Assembly: GCF_003790525.1 (NCBI RefSeq)
Contig: NZ_CP033635.1
DNA length: 64,000 nucleotides
Strand: one strand, 5' to 3'
Source: Escherichia coli
GTDB lineage: Bacteria; Pseudomonadota; Gammaproteobacteria; Enterobacterales; Enterobacteriaceae
Position numbers and translations under genes: made by a program. Shown piece after piece: positions 49,893 to 64,000 of the stretch (position 1 is the first letter of the stretch; the number at the start of each line of letters is the position of its first letter). The notes beneath the pieces are model-generated. The model made no database searches. It saw only the letters and a list, made by a program, of their open reading frames with translations, and was not told the DNA's origin.

Positions 49893-50552
49893 TCATGCGG
49901 TCATCCAGTTTTTTAGAATATTCGCCACCACGGGAGCGAAAGGTGCCAGATAACCGTCGACGGGGGTGAGTAATTCGTCGATAACCGCTTGCAGCAGGTC
50001 GTCATCCTCAAGCCCCTCTGAAGGGTCAATGCCATTAGCCCACAGAAGGCTGTCGGAAAGCTGCTTACGTTTTTCAATCAATGCCCGATTATTACGTTCA
50101 CTATCGCCAAGGTTGAGTACCTTAATCGCATCGATAGCTCTCGGCGTCGTCCCTTCAATTCGACCACTGATCTTGAAGATAAACTCGGTTTCACATTCCG
50201 GCATAAGCGGCGTTAACAGCAATGGCTGGTTCTTATGCGAGTCGTCACACTGGCCTTTTGTTTTGCAGCTTGCAACGATATTCGTGAATTCCAGACTGCG
50301 AGCAGGAGCTAAATCCCTGGCTTCGACATGTTCATTAACGGTATCGCGGTTTGTACCTGTCACGCGATCGCAGCAATAAGCACAGAGATAAAATTGCTCC
50401 TGAGCGCACTGCTGGCTGAGATCGCCAACGATATCCCATTTTTTTTGCGCATAAAGTTCCTGAAACCACTGATTGGCATTTTTATCCCGTGGTTTTGCTC
50501 TCACCCACTGTTGCAAACTGGCCGGCGGTTGCCCTTTAGTTATTTCGCGCAT
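49893..50552 (-). CDS. ptuB: HNH-type nuclease, TIGR02646-like (Septu PtuB-like)
   Basis: The 219-aa ORF contains FYLCAYCCDRV...NEHVEARD...ASCKTKGQCDDSHKN, with HNH/Cys-cluster spacing. It overlaps the upstream ATPase gene by 17 nt. Confidence 0.7.
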   Translation of the reverse strand: MREITKGQPPASLQQWVRAKPRDKNANQWFQELYAQKKWDIVGDLSQQCAQEQFYLCAYCCDRVTGTNRDTVNEHVEARDLAPARSLEFTNIVASCKTKGQCDDSHKNQPLLLTPLMPECETEFIFKISGRIEGTTPRAIDAIKVLNLGDSERNNRALIEKRKQLSDSLLWANGIDPSEGLEDDDLLQAVIDELLTPVDGYLAPFAPVVANILKNWMTA

Positions 50553-51894
50553 GTTTAATTTCCTGTTTGCGCAGAAGCATTCTGGCTTTCACCAGTTCAA
50601 GATGGTTTTCAGGAAGTTCCAGGCTTAGCGTATTCAGAAGAGCGTTAGCGTTGATAAAGTCGTTTTTCTGAATCAGATCCAAAAGATCGTTAAGTTTTTC
50701 TGCCACTGTCGCATTGCGAATATCCGTATCCATCACATTCAAAAGCACAGTATTCGCATCTTGCCCATACAGAGACGGGAGCTGCGTTAATTCGCCATTA
50801 TCCAGAGAATAAACCAGCACATCTTTGTAATCACTGATCACTAAAGGAGAGTGGGTTGTTAAGACAAACTGGCAATGTGGGAATGTTGTCGTCAGACGCT
50901 GGATGATTGTACGCTGCCATGTTGGATGCAGGTGCATGTCCACTTCATCAATTAATACAATTCCCTCGCCGTTTAGCGGGTTTTCTAACATCGGGTTCAT
51001 CATTGCCAGGCGGCGAGCAATATCGCCGACTAACGCCATCAGTGATTTTTCACCCTGCGATAATTGCAGCACATTCAGTGTCTGGCCATTTTTATCAATC
51101 GACATATGCAGGCGAGGTTTACGCCTGACGCGTAAGTTGCTGAACCCTGGCATAAAGCGACTAATGGCCGTTCTGACGGCGGTCAACTGGCGATCCCGGG
51201 ACGAGGCCATGATTGCCGTTAATGCATTTAAGACGGTGTTATCGAGATCTATCCTGGTACTGAGCTTATCCAGAACGTCTTGGGGTAAGCCCGATTCATT
51301 TTCTGCATCTTCGCGATTGCGAAACCACTCAAAGAAACGGCGGAAATCAATACCCTGATTCAGGGCGTTATCGTAGCCATCCAGTTGCAAAAAATTATGA
51401 CGTTCTTTTATTTTCAACGGCACATCCAGCACGACACGTTCTACGGGATAGAAGGCGATAAGCGGGAAGGATGCCCCGCTATTCTGGGTGTATTGATCTC
51501 GATAAAACGCAGCCAATTGGCTGGCCTCTTGCAGGCTGGAGGCGGTGGTCGATTTTTTCCCACTGGCCGTTCTGGCAAGCAACCAACGGTAGGGCGTAGC
51601 GGCCTCCGTCGCTGGATGCGTATTCAGTACCTGAAGTTCAATTGTCGCCGAACTCCTACCGTTCAGAATAGCGTCTTCAGGAATAGGGCTACCGTTACCT
51701 TTTTCAGTACGAACTCGGGCAACGAACCAACTCAGGCTGGTTGCCAACGATTTTAATATTGATGTTTTACCTGCACCATTATTACCAATAAAAACGGTCA
51801 CATTGCTCTTGAACTCCTCCACTGGAGCCAGATGAACTTCAAGTTCTTCAAACCGCCCCAGATTAGTGAGCTTAAGCGTGCGGATATTCATCAT
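50536..51894 (-). CDS. ptuA: AAA_15/AAA_21 ABC-type ATPase (Septu PtuA-like)
   Basis: The 452-aa ORF has Walker A GNNGAGKTS and Walker B/D-loop LIDEVDMHLHP. It also has LSQGEKSLMAL (signature-like) and VLTTHSPLV (H-loop). Confidence 0.75.
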   Translation of the reverse strand: MMNIRTLKLTNLGRFEELEVHLAPVEEFKSNVTVFIGNNGAGKTSILKSLATSLSWFVARVRTEKGNGSPIPEDAILNGRSSATIELQVLNTHPATEAATPYRWLLARTASGKKSTTASSLQEASQLAAFYRDQYTQNSGASFPLIAFYPVERVVLDVPLKIKERHNFLQLDGYDNALNQGIDFRRFFEWFRNREDAENESGLPQDVLDKLSTRIDLDNTVLNALTAIMASSRDRQLTAVRTAISRFMPGFSNLRVRRKPRLHMSIDKNGQTLNVLQLSQGEKSLMALVGDIARRLAMMNPMLENPLNGEGIVLIDEVDMHLHPTWQRTIIQRLTTTFPHCQFVLTTHSPLVISDYKDVLVYSLDNGELTQLPSLYGQDANTVLLNVMDTDIRNATVAEKLNDLLDLIQKNDFINANALLNTLSLELPENHLELVKARMLLRKQEIKHARNN

Positions 51895-51979
51895 TGAGTG
51901 CCCTGCGTTGAGTTCTGTTTGGATAATCTTACACTTAACCGTCGACGTCTGTCAGTGAAAGCGTATGCCCGTCATGATG

Positions 51980-52531
51980 TCAGGGCAATTCCGGCGGCAG
52001 CCACTCATCCACTTCTATCAACACCAGCAATGCCGCATCACCACCGTACTCTTTCGGTGCCTGATGAAATGCCATTACATGGGGATGTTGCGCCAGCCAC
52101 AGTGGCGTTTGCTGCTTCAAAATATGCTTACCATGACCATGCATCACACAGGCGCAAAACACATGTTCGCGGCGACAGGCGGCAATCAATGCGCCTAACT
52201 CCTGCTTGGCTTGCAGCTGCGTCAAACCGTGCAAATCCAAAAACAGCTCCGGTGAATAATCACCGCGCCGCAGTTTCTTCGCTTCAAAATGGCTGACATC
52301 CGGGCGAACATATTTCACCGGACCTTCGGTATTTAATAATGGTTGAAACTCATCGGAGAAATAATGGCTGGCATCGGCCTGCTCCTGAATCAACCGCTTG
52401 ACCGGCACTTCGCTGATTTTTTTACGCTGCGGTCGGTGGACAATCGTGTCCTGCTTAATCTTGCGAGTCCCCGCCATCAACTGGCGAAACAGCGCCTGGT
52501 CCTCCTCGCTAAGTGTTGTTTTCTTTTTCAT
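51980..52531 (-). CDS. smrB: ribosome-rescue endonuclease SmrB (Smr domain)
   Basis: The 183-aa ORF begins [29 protein letters not shown] and contains LDLHGLT. Confidence 0.93.
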
Positions 52532-52696
52532 TTATCTGTCTCTATTTTTAATTTTCCTACAGTTTACCCGACTCACCGTACAATCGATCGCTTAAAACGT
52601 ATTTTTCCTCACTCACCGCGCGTGAATGCTGATTTATCGTCATCTTCATGGCAAACTAGCCGCCGAAATTATTGCGATCATGCCCTGGAGGAATAC

Positions 52697-53629
52697 GTGG
52701 ATAAAATTTTCGTTGATGAAGCAGTAAATGAGCTGCAAACCATTCAGGACATGTTGCGCTGGTCGGTGAGCCGCTTCAGCGCGGCGAATATCTGGTACGG
52801 CCACGGCACTGATAACCCGTGGGATGAAGCCGTGCAACTGGTGTTGCCTTCACTCTACCTGCCGCTGGATATCCCGGAAGACATGCGCACCGCGCGTCTG
52901 ACCTCCAGCGAAAAACACCGTATTGTTGAGCGCGTGATCCGCCGCGTCAACGAACGCATTCCGGTGGCTTACCTGACCAACAAAGCCTGGTTCTGCGGTC
53001 ATGAATTTTACGTCGATGAACGCGTGCTGGTGCCGCGCTCGCCGATTGGTGAACTGATCAACAATAAATTTGCCGGACTCATCAGCAAGCAACCGCAGCA
53101 CATTTTAGATATGTGTACCGGTAGCGGCTGCATCGCCATTGCCTGTGCTTATGCCTTCCCGGATGCAGAAGTCGACGCGGTTGATATCTCTCCCGACGCG
53201 CTGGCGGTTGCCGAACAGAATATCGAAGAACACGGTCTGATCCACAACGTCATTCCGATTCGCTCCGACTTGTTCCGTGATTTACCGAAAGTGCAGTACG
53301 ACCTGATTGTCACTAACCCGCCGTATGTCGATGCGGAAGATATGTCCGACCTGCCAAACGAATACCGCCACGAGCCGGAACTGGGCCTGGCATCTGGCAC
53401 CGACGGCCTGAAACTGACGCGTCGCATTCTCGGAAACGCGGCAGATTACCTCGCTGATGATGGCGTGCTGATTTGTGAAGTCGGCAACAGCATGGTACAT
53501 CTTATGGAACAATATCCGGATGTTCCGTTCACCTGGCTGGAGTTTGATAACGGCGGCGATGGTGTGTTTATGCTCACCAAAGAGCAGCTGCTGGCGGCCC
53601 GTGAACATTTCGCGATTTATAAAGATTAA
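52697..53629 (+). CDS. prmB: ribosomal protein uL3 glutamine methyltransferase
   Basis: A GTG start gives [22 protein letters not shown] (310 aa), with the NPPY motif in TNPPYV. The long ORF-track N-terminus overlaps smrB antisense and was rejected. Confidence 0.9.
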   Translation: MDKIFVDEAVNELQTIQDMLRWSVSRFSAANIWYGHGTDNPWDEAVQLVLPSLYLPLDIPEDMRTARLTSSEKHRIVERVIRRVNERIPVAYLTNKAWFCGHEFYVDERVLVPRSPIGELINNKFAGLISKQPQHILDMCTGSGCIAIACAYAFPDAEVDAVDISPDALAVAEQNIEEHGLIHNVIPIRSDLFRDLPKVQYDLIVTNPPYVDAEDMSDLPNEYRHEPELGLASGTDGLKLTRRILGNAADYLADDGVLICEVGNSMVHLMEQYPDVPFTWLEFDNGGDGVFMLTKEQLLAAREHFAIYKD

Positions 53630-53663
53630 GTAAACACGCAAACACAACAATAACGGAGCCGTG

Positions 53664-54749
53664 ATGGCTGGAAACACAATTGGACAACTCTTTCGCGTAA
53701 CCACCTTCGGCGAATCGCACGGGCTGGCGCTCGGCTGCATCGTCGATGGTGTTCCGCCAGGCATTCCGCTGACGGAAGCGGACCTGCAACATGACCTCGA
53801 CCGTCGTCGCCCTGGGACATCGCGCTATACCACCCAGCGTCGTGAGCCGGATCAGGTCAAAATTCTCTCCGGTGTTTTTGAAGGCGTTACTACCGGCACC
53901 AGCATCGGATTGTTGATCGAAAATACCGACCAGCGTTCTCAGGATTATAGTGCGATTAAGGACGTTTTCCGTCCAGGTCATGCCGATTACACTTACGAAC
54001 AAAAATACGGCCTGCGCGATTATCGCGGCGGCGGGCGCTCTTCCGCCCGAGAAACCGCCATGCGCGTGGCGGCAGGGGCGATTGCCAAAAAATATCTCGC
54101 CGAGAAATTTGGTATTGAAATCCGCGGCTGCCTGACCCAGATGGGTGACATTCCGCTGGAAATCAAAGACTGGTCGCAGGTCGAGCAAAATCCGTTTTTC
54201 TGCCCGGACCCGGACAAAATCGACGCGTTAGATGAACTGATGCGCGCGCTGAAAAAAGAGGGCGACTCCATCGGCGCGAAAGTCACCGTTGTTGCCAGTG
54301 GCGTCCCCGCCGGACTTGGCGAGCCGGTCTTTGATCGCCTGGATGCCGACATCGCCCATGCGCTGATGAGCATCAACGCGGTGAAAGGCGTAGAAATTGG
54401 TGATGGTTTTGACGTGGTAGCGCTGCGTGGCAGCCAGAACCGCGACGAAATCACCAAAGACGGATTCCAGAGCAACCATGCGGGCGGCATTCTTGGCGGT
54501 ATCAGCAGCGGGCAGCAAATCATTGCCCATATGGCGCTGAAGCCAACCTCCAGTATTACCGTGCCGGGGCGCACCATTAACCGCTTTGGCGAAGAAGTTG
54601 AGATGATCACCAAAGGTCGTCACGATCCTTGTGTTGGGATCCGCGCGGTGCCGATCGCGGAAGCGATGCTAGCGATCGTTTTAATGGATCACCTGTTACG
54701 GCAACGGGCGCAAAATGCCGATGTGAAGACTGATATTCCACGCTGGTAA
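53664..54749 (+). CDS. aroC: chorismate synthase
   Basis: The ORF begins [20 protein letters not shown] and is 361 aa long. Confidence 0.95.
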   Translation: MAGNTIGQLFRVTTFGESHGLALGCIVDGVPPGIPLTEADLQHDLDRRRPGTSRYTTQRREPDQVKILSGVFEGVTTGTSIGLLIENTDQRSQDYSAIKDVFRPGHADYTYEQKYGLRDYRGGGRSSARETAMRVAAGAIAKKYLAEKFGIEIRGCLTQMGDIPLEIKDWSQVEQNPFFCPDPDKIDALDELMRALKKEGDSIGAKVTVVASGVPAGLGEPVFDRLDADIAHALMSINAVKGVEIGDGFDVVALRGSQNRDEITKDGFQSNHAGGILGGISSGQQIIAHMALKPTSSITVPGRTINRFGEEVEMITKGRHDPCVGIRAVPIAEAMLAIVLMDHLLRQRAQNADVKTDIPRW

Positions 54750-54752
54750 AAA

Positions 54753-55577
54753 ATGAACAAAACCGCGATTGCGCTGCTGGCCCTGCTTGCCAGTAGCGCC
54801 AGCCTGGCAGCGACGCCGTGGCAAAAAATAACCCAACCTGTGCCGGGTAGCGCACAATCGATAGGCAGTTTTTCCAATGGTTGTATCGTCGGCGCTGACA
54901 CGCTGCCGATACAGTCCGAGCATTATCAGGTCATGCGTACCGATCAGCGTCGCTATTTCGGGCACCCGGATCTGGTGATGTTTATCCAGCGTCTGAGTCG
55001 CCAGGTGAGCAATCTGGGCATGGGTACGGTGCTGATTGGCGATATGGGGATGCCCGCTGGTGGTCGTTTCAACGGCGGTCACGCCAGCCACCAGACCGGA
55101 CTGGATGTCGATATCTTCCTGCAACTGCCGAAAACACGCTGGACCTCCGCGCAGCTCTTGCGCCCGCAAGCTCTGGACTTAGTTTCCCGCGACGGTAAAC
55201 ACGTTGTCCCCGCGCTGTGGAAGCCAGAAATTTTCAGCTTGATCAAACTCGCCGCCCAGGACAAAGACGTCACGCGCATTTTTGTTAATCCGGCGATTAA
55301 ACAACAACTTTGCCTTGATGCGGGCACCGATCGCGACTGGTTACGTAAAGTGCGACCCTGGTTCCAGCATCGCGCGCATATGCATGTACGATTACGTTGT
55401 CCTGCCGATAGTCTGGAGTGTGAAGATCAACCTTTACCGCCACCAGGCGATGGTTGCGGGGCAGAACTGCAAAGCTGGTTTGAACCACCAAAACCGGGAA
55501 CAACAAAGCCTGAGAAGAAGACACCGCCTCCGTTGCCGCCTTCCTGCCAGGCGCTACTGGATGAGCACGTGATCTAA
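54753..55577 (+). CDS. mepA: murein DD-endopeptidase MepA
   Basis: The 274-aa ORF has a signal peptide and the motifs [12 protein letters not shown] and HRAHMHVRL. Confidence 0.93.
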   Translation: MNKTAIALLALLASSASLAATPWQKITQPVPGSAQSIGSFSNGCIVGADTLPIQSEHYQVMRTDQRRYFGHPDLVMFIQRLSRQVSNLGMGTVLIGDMGMPAGGRFNGGHASHQTGLDVDIFLQLPKTRWTSAQLLRPQALDLVSRDGKHVVPALWKPEIFSLIKLAAQDKDVTRIFVNPAIKQQLCLDAGTDRDWLRKVRPWFQHRAHMHVRLRCPADSLECEDQPLPPPGDGCGAELQSWFEPPKPGTTKPEKKTPPPLPPSCQALLDEHVI

Positions 55578-56386
55578 TGGAAACGTTTAATAGCCTGTTT
55601 ATGGTTTCCCCGCTGTTGCTGGGAGTTCTCTTTTTTGTCGCCATGCTGGCGGGATTTATCGACTCGATTGCCGGTGGCGGTGGGTTACTCACCATTCCGG
55701 CATTGATGGCGGCGGGGATGTCTCCGGCTAACGCGCTGGCAACTAATAAACTGCAAGCCTGCGGCGGCTCTATTTCCGCCACTATCTACTTTATTCGGCG
55801 CAAAGTGGTTAGCTTAAGCGATCAGAAACTCAATATCGCCATGACCTTTGTCGGCTCAATGAGCGGCGCGCTGTTGGTGCAGTATGTTCAGGCCGATGTC
55901 TTACGGCAGATTTTACCGATCCTGGTGATTTGTATCGGCCTCTATTTTTTGCTGATGCCAAAACTGGGAGAAGAAGATCGCCAGCGCCGGATGTATGGAC
56001 TGCCATTTGCGCTGGTGGCGGGGGGCTGCGTCGGTTTTTACGATGGATTCTTTGGCCCGGCTGCTGGGTCGTTTTACGCGCTGGCCTTTGTTACGCTGTG
56101 CGGATTCAACCTCGCCAAAGCCACGGCCCACGCCAAATTACTCAACGCAACGTCAAACATCGGTGGTTTGCTGCTGTTTATTCTCGGCGGCAAAGTGATT
56201 TGGGCGACAGGATTTGTGATGTTGGTAGGACAGTTCCTCGGCGCGCGCATGGGGTCAAGACTGGTGTTGAGCAAAGGACAAAAGCTGATCCGCCCGATGA
56301 TCGTTATCGTCTCGGCGGTGATGAGTGCCAAATTACTTTACGATAGCCACGGACAGGAGATCCTCCACTGGTTGGGGATGAACTAA
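55577..56386 (+). CDS. yfcA: TauE/SafE-family inner-membrane protein
   Basis: The 269-aa polytopic ORF is coupled to mepA. Confidence 0.9.
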   Translation: METFNSLFMVSPLLLGVLFFVAMLAGFIDSIAGGGGLLTIPALMAAGMSPANALATNKLQACGGSISATIYFIRRKVVSLSDQKLNIAMTFVGSMSGALLVQYVQADVLRQILPILVICIGLYFLLMPKLGEEDRQRRMYGLPFALVAGGCVGFYDGFFGPAAGSFYALAFVTLCGFNLAKATAHAKLLNATSNIGGLLLFILGGKVIWATGFVMLVGQFLGARMGSRLVLSKGQKLIRPMIVIVSAVMSAKLLYDSHGQEILHWLGMN

Positions 56387-56934
56387 TGAACAGTACACAC
56401 CACTATGAGCAGTTGATTGAGATTTTTAATAGCTGCTTTGCCGATGAATTTAATACCCGTCTGATTAAAGGCGACGACGAACCGATCTATCTTCCTGCTG
56501 ATGCGGAAGCACCGTATAACAGAATCGTCTTCGCTCATGGCTTTTATGCCAGCGCCATCCACGAGATTTCGCACTGGTGTATTGCCGGGAAAGCGCGCCG
56601 TGAGCTGGTTGATTTCGGTTACTGGTATTGCCCGGACGGACGCGATGCCCAAACGCAAAGCCAGTTTGAAGATGTTGAAGTGAAGCCGCAGGCGCTGGAC
56701 TGGTTGTTCTGCGTGGCGGCGGGATATCCGTTTAATGTTAGCTGCGACAATCTGGAAGGGGATTTCGAACCGGATCGTGTGGTGTTTCAACGGCGGGTAC
56801 ATGCGCAGGTGATGGATTATCTGGCAAACGGCATTCCCGAACGTCCGGCACGCTTCATTAAAGCACTACAAAATTATTATCACACGCCGGAACTTACGGC
56901 GGAACAGTTCCCGTGGCCGGAAGCGCTCAACTGA
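56386..56934 (+). CDS. epmC: EF-P beta-lysyl-lysine hydroxylase
   Basis: The 182-aa ORF begins MNSTHHYEQLIEIFNSCFADEFNTRLIKG. Confidence 0.9.
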   Translation: MNSTHHYEQLIEIFNSCFADEFNTRLIKGDDEPIYLPADAEAPYNRIVFAHGFYASAIHEISHWCIAGKARRELVDFGYWYCPDGRDAQTQSQFEDVEVKPQALDWLFCVAAGYPFNVSCDNLEGDFEPDRVVFQRRVHAQVMDYLANGIPERPARFIKALQNYYHTPELTAEQFPWPEALN

Positions 56935-56967
56935 AGCCAGCGCCACGTTTTACAATGAGGAAAGAAG

Positions 56968-57246
56968 ATGATCGCGGAGTTTGAATCACGCATTCTGGCA
57001 TTAATCGACGGTATGGTTGACTATGCCAGTGATGATGAGTTGTTTGCCAGTGGGTATTTGCGTGGCCACCTGACATTAGCCATCGCAGAACTGGAAAGTG
57101 GTGACGACCACTCCGCTCAGGCGGTACATACAACCGTTAGCCAGAGTCTGGAAAAAGCTATTGGTGCCGGTGAATTGTCGCCGCGTGACCAGGCGCTGGT
57201 GACCGATATGTGGGAACACCTGTTTCAGCAGGCGTCACAGCAGTAA
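56968..57246 (+). CDS. yfcL: uncharacterised protein YfcL
   Basis: The 92-aa ORF begins [18 protein letters not shown]. Confidence 0.88.
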   Translation: MIAEFESRILALIDGMVDYASDDELFASGYLRGHLTLAIAELESGDDHSAQAVHTTVSQSLEKAIGAGELSPRDQALVTDMWEHLFQQASQQ

Positions 57247-57253
57247 GTAATGT

Positions 57254-57283
57254 GCCGGATGCGGCGTTCACGCCATATCCGGC
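57254..57283. repeat. REP (palindromic unit) element
   Basis: gccggatgcggcgttcacgccatatccggc lies between convergent yfcL and mnmC. Confidence 0.8.
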
Positions 57284-57301
57284 AAGCAATGCCAGAGCAG
57301 A

Positions 57302-59374
<2,073 letters not shown>

Positions 59375-59466
59375 CTATTAATTGGCTGATCGGACTTGTT
59401 CGGCGTACAAGTGTACGCTATTGTGCATGCGAAACTTACTCTATGTGCGACTTACAGAGGTATTGA

Positions 59467-60687
59467 ATGAAACGTGCAGTGATTACTGGCCTGGGCATTG
59501 TTTCCAGCATCGGTAATAACCAGCAGGAAGTCCTGGCATCTCTGCGTGAAGGACGTTCAGGGATCACTTTCTCTCAGGAGCTGAAGGATTCCGGCATGCG
59601 TAGCCACGTCTGGGGCAACGTAAAACTGGATACCACTGGCCTCATTGACCGCAAAGTTGTGCGCTTTATGAGCGACGCATCCATTTATGCATTCCTTTCT
59701 ATGGAGCAGGCAATTGCAGATGCTGGCCTCTCCCCGGAAGCTTACCAGAATAACCCGCGCGTTGGCCTGATTGCAGGTTCCGGCGGCGGTTCCCCGCGTT
59801 TCCAGGTTTTCGGCGCTGACGCAATGCGCGGCCCGCGAGGCCTGAAAGCGGTTGGCCCGTATGTGGTCACCAAAGCGATGGCATCCGGCGTTTCTGCCTG
59901 CCTCGCCACGCCGTTTAAAATTCACGGCGTTAACTACTCCATCAGCTCCGCGTGTGCGACTTCCGCACACTGTATCGGTAACGCAGTAGAGCAGATCCAA
60001 CTGGGCAAACAGGACATCGTGTTTGCTGGCGGCGGCGAAGAGCTGTGCTGGGAAATGGCTTGCGAATTCGACGCGATGGGTGCGCTGTCTACTAAATACA
60101 ACGACACCCCGGAAAAAGCCTCCCGTACTTACGACGCTCACCGTGACGGTTTCGTTATCGCTGGCGGTGGCGGTATGGTAGTGGTTGAAGAGCTGGAACA
60201 CGCGCTGGCGCGTGGTGCTCACATCTATGCTGAAATCGTTGGCTACGGCGCAACCTCTGATGGCGCAGACATGGTTGCTCCGTCTGGCGAAGGTGCAGTG
60301 CGCTGCATGAAGATGGCGATGCACGGTGTTGATACCCCAATCGACTACCTGAACTCTCATGGTACTTCGACTCCGGTTGGCGACGTGAAAGAACTGGCAG
60401 CTATCCGTGAAGTGTTCGGCGATAAGAGCCCGGCGATTTCTGCAACCAAAGCAATGACCGGTCACTCACTGGGCGCTGCTGGCGTACAGGAAGCTATCTA
60501 CTCTCTGCTGATGCTGGAACACGGTTTTATCGCCCCGAGCATCAACATTGAAGAGCTGGACGAGCAGGCTGCGGGTCTGAACATCGTGACCGAAACGACC
60601 GATCGCGAACTGACCACCGTTATGTCTAACAGCTTCGGCTTCGGCGGCACTAACGCCACGCTGGTAATGCGCAAGCTGAAAGATTAA
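59467..60687 (+). CDS. fabB: 3-oxoacyl-ACP synthase I
   Basis: The 406-aa ORF begins [33 protein letters not shown]. Confidence 0.97.
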
Positions 60688-60730
60688 TTCGGAGTGGTTA
60701 CGCACCAATGCGGCCTCCGGCACTAACGCA

Positions 60731-60757
60731 AAAGGGAACCCGATGGTTCCCTTTTTC
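60731..60757 (+). terminator. rho-independent terminator of fabB
   Basis: The hairpin aagggaacc-cgat-ggttccctt is followed by ttt. Confidence 0.8.
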
Positions 60758-60915
60758 ACATCATTGACAATCGCCGCCAGTTCCAGGCAAACTTCCCGCT
60801 TTGTCGATATCCTGCTAAAAAGACGTATGCGTTAAATCCTGCCAACGCACCGTAACCCTGAAACCAGAGAGATGAGACGGGGATACTCCTCGCCTTGCGC
60901 TGCATTCTGGAGTAA

Positions 60916-63089
<2,174 letters not shown>

Positions 63090-63187
63090 TACGTATCCTT
63101 ATACCTGAAATCTTCGCAAGTATGCCTGGCCGCGAGATTATGGCACACTTGTCCGGTTAACTCTCGTCTCATACAGGTAACACAAAC

Positions 63188-64000
63188 GTGAAAATCCTTG
63201 TTGATGAAAATATGCCTTATGCCCGCGACTTATTTAGCCGTTTGGGTGAGGTGACCGCGGTTCCCGGGCGTCCAATTCCCGTCGCTCAACTGGCCGACGC
63301 GGATGCGCTGATGGTGCGTTCGGTCACGAAAGTGAATGAATCTTTGCTGGCAGGAAAACCCATTAAATTTGTTGGCACTGCCACAGCGGGGACCGACCAT
63401 GTCGATGAAGCGTGGTTAAAGCAGGCGGGAATTGGTTTTTCCGCTGCACCTGGCTGTAATGCGATTGCGGTGGTGGAATATGTTTTCTCCTCCCTGCTGA
63501 TGCTTGCCGAACGCGATGGATTTTCACTGCACGAGCGTACCGTGGGGATCGTGGGCGTTGGTAACGTTGGTCGCCGTTTACAGGCACGACTGGAAGCGTT
63601 AGGGATTAAAACCTTACTTTGCGATCCGCCTCGCGCCGACCGTGGAGATGAGGGTGATTTCCGCTCGCTGGATGAATTAGTTCAGCATGCGGATATTCTG
63701 ACTTTCCATACGCCACTCTTTAAAGACGGGCCGTACAAAACGCTGCATCTGGCGGATGAAAAACTGATCCGCAGCCTGAAACCAGGAGCGATTCTGATTA
63801 ACGCCTGCCGTGGCGCAGTTGTCGATAATACCGCCCTGCTGACCTGCCTGAACGAAGGCCAGAAGTTAAGCGTAGTGCTGGATGTCTGGGAAGGCGAACC
63901 GGAACTTAACGTGGAATTGCTGAAAAAAGTGGATATCGGCACGCCGCATATCGCAGGCTATACCCTGGAAGGTAAAGCACGCGGTACTACGCAAGTGTTT
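63188..64000 (+). CDS. pdxB: erythronate-4-phosphate dehydrogenase, N-terminal 271 codons (runs off the window)
   Basis: A GTG start gives (M)[29 protein letters not shown]. The frame stays open to the window end. The ORF is absent from the ORF track because it has no stop in the window. Confidence 0.9.
   Translation, partial: MKILVDENMPYARDLFSRLGEVTAVPGRPIPVAQLADADALMVRSVTKVNESLLAGKPIKFVGTATAGTDHVDEAWLKQAGIGFSAAPGCNAIAVVEYVFSSLLMLAERDGFSLHERTVGIVGVGNVGRRLQARLEALGIKTLLCDPPRADRGDEGDFRSLDELVQHADILTFHTPLFKDGPYKTLHLADEKLIRSLKPGAILINACRGAVVDNTALLTCLNEGQKLSVVLDVWEGEPELNVELLKKVDIGTPHIAGYTLEGKARGTTQVF

Noticed and set aside
51895-51979. A retron (RT plus msr/msd) upstream of the PtuA/PtuB-like pair
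   Set aside because: Only 85 bp separate the ATPase start from the smrB stop. There is no reverse transcriptase ORF anywhere nearby.
52343-52696. The 118-codon N-terminal extension of prmB in the ORF track
   Set aside because: It overlaps smrB on the opposite strand. The GTG at 52697 reproduces the recalled PrmB N-terminus.

Overview
This window is Escherichia coli chromosome. It matches the K-12 backbone evgS'-evgA / emrKY / dsdAXC ... argW-yfdC-mlaA-yfdF-fadL-yfcZ-fadIJ-sixA-yfcVUSRQPO ... smrB-prmB-aroC-mepA-yfcA-epmC-yfcL-mnmC-fabB-yfcJ-flk-pdxB'. Backbone genes were recognised from recalled K-12 protein sequences. Three accessory blocks interrupt the backbone.

(1) 7.7-19.9 kb is a low-GC UPEC-type locus. 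It carries two FimB/FimE-like recombinases (ipuB/ipuA-like), a ~275-bp invertible switch with 7-bp inverted repeats (ipuS-like), a LuxR-type regulator (ipuR-like), a 2637-aa AIDA-type autotransporter (upaE-like) and a Skp/OmpH-like chaperone paralog.

(2) 19.95-32.71 kb is a ~12.8-kb island integrated at tRNA-Arg (argW). It is bounded by a degenerate repeat of the tRNA 3' end and is the most interesting part of the window. It looks like a satellite of P2-family phages. It encodes an AlpA, an Ash/Icd-like protein, an alpha-like primase-helicase, an Ogr/Delta zinc finger and a Sid/Psu-like coiled coil. Its gene order is not that of P4. It also has a second, P2-type integrase translationally coupled to the primase, a dense GGTTACA iteron field inside 33-bp perfect inverted repeats, and its own GpN-like major capsid gene. 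That capsid gene carries an N-terminal extension resembling the GpO scaffold C-terminus. A MazEF-like pair sits at the distal end.

(3) 49.9-51.9 kb is a compact two-gene ATPase+HNH (Septu PtuA/PtuB-like) insertion between yfcO and smrB, with no mobility genes.

No rRNA genes, CRISPR arrays or IS transposases were seen. All homology statements come from reading the translations and from memory, not from database searches.
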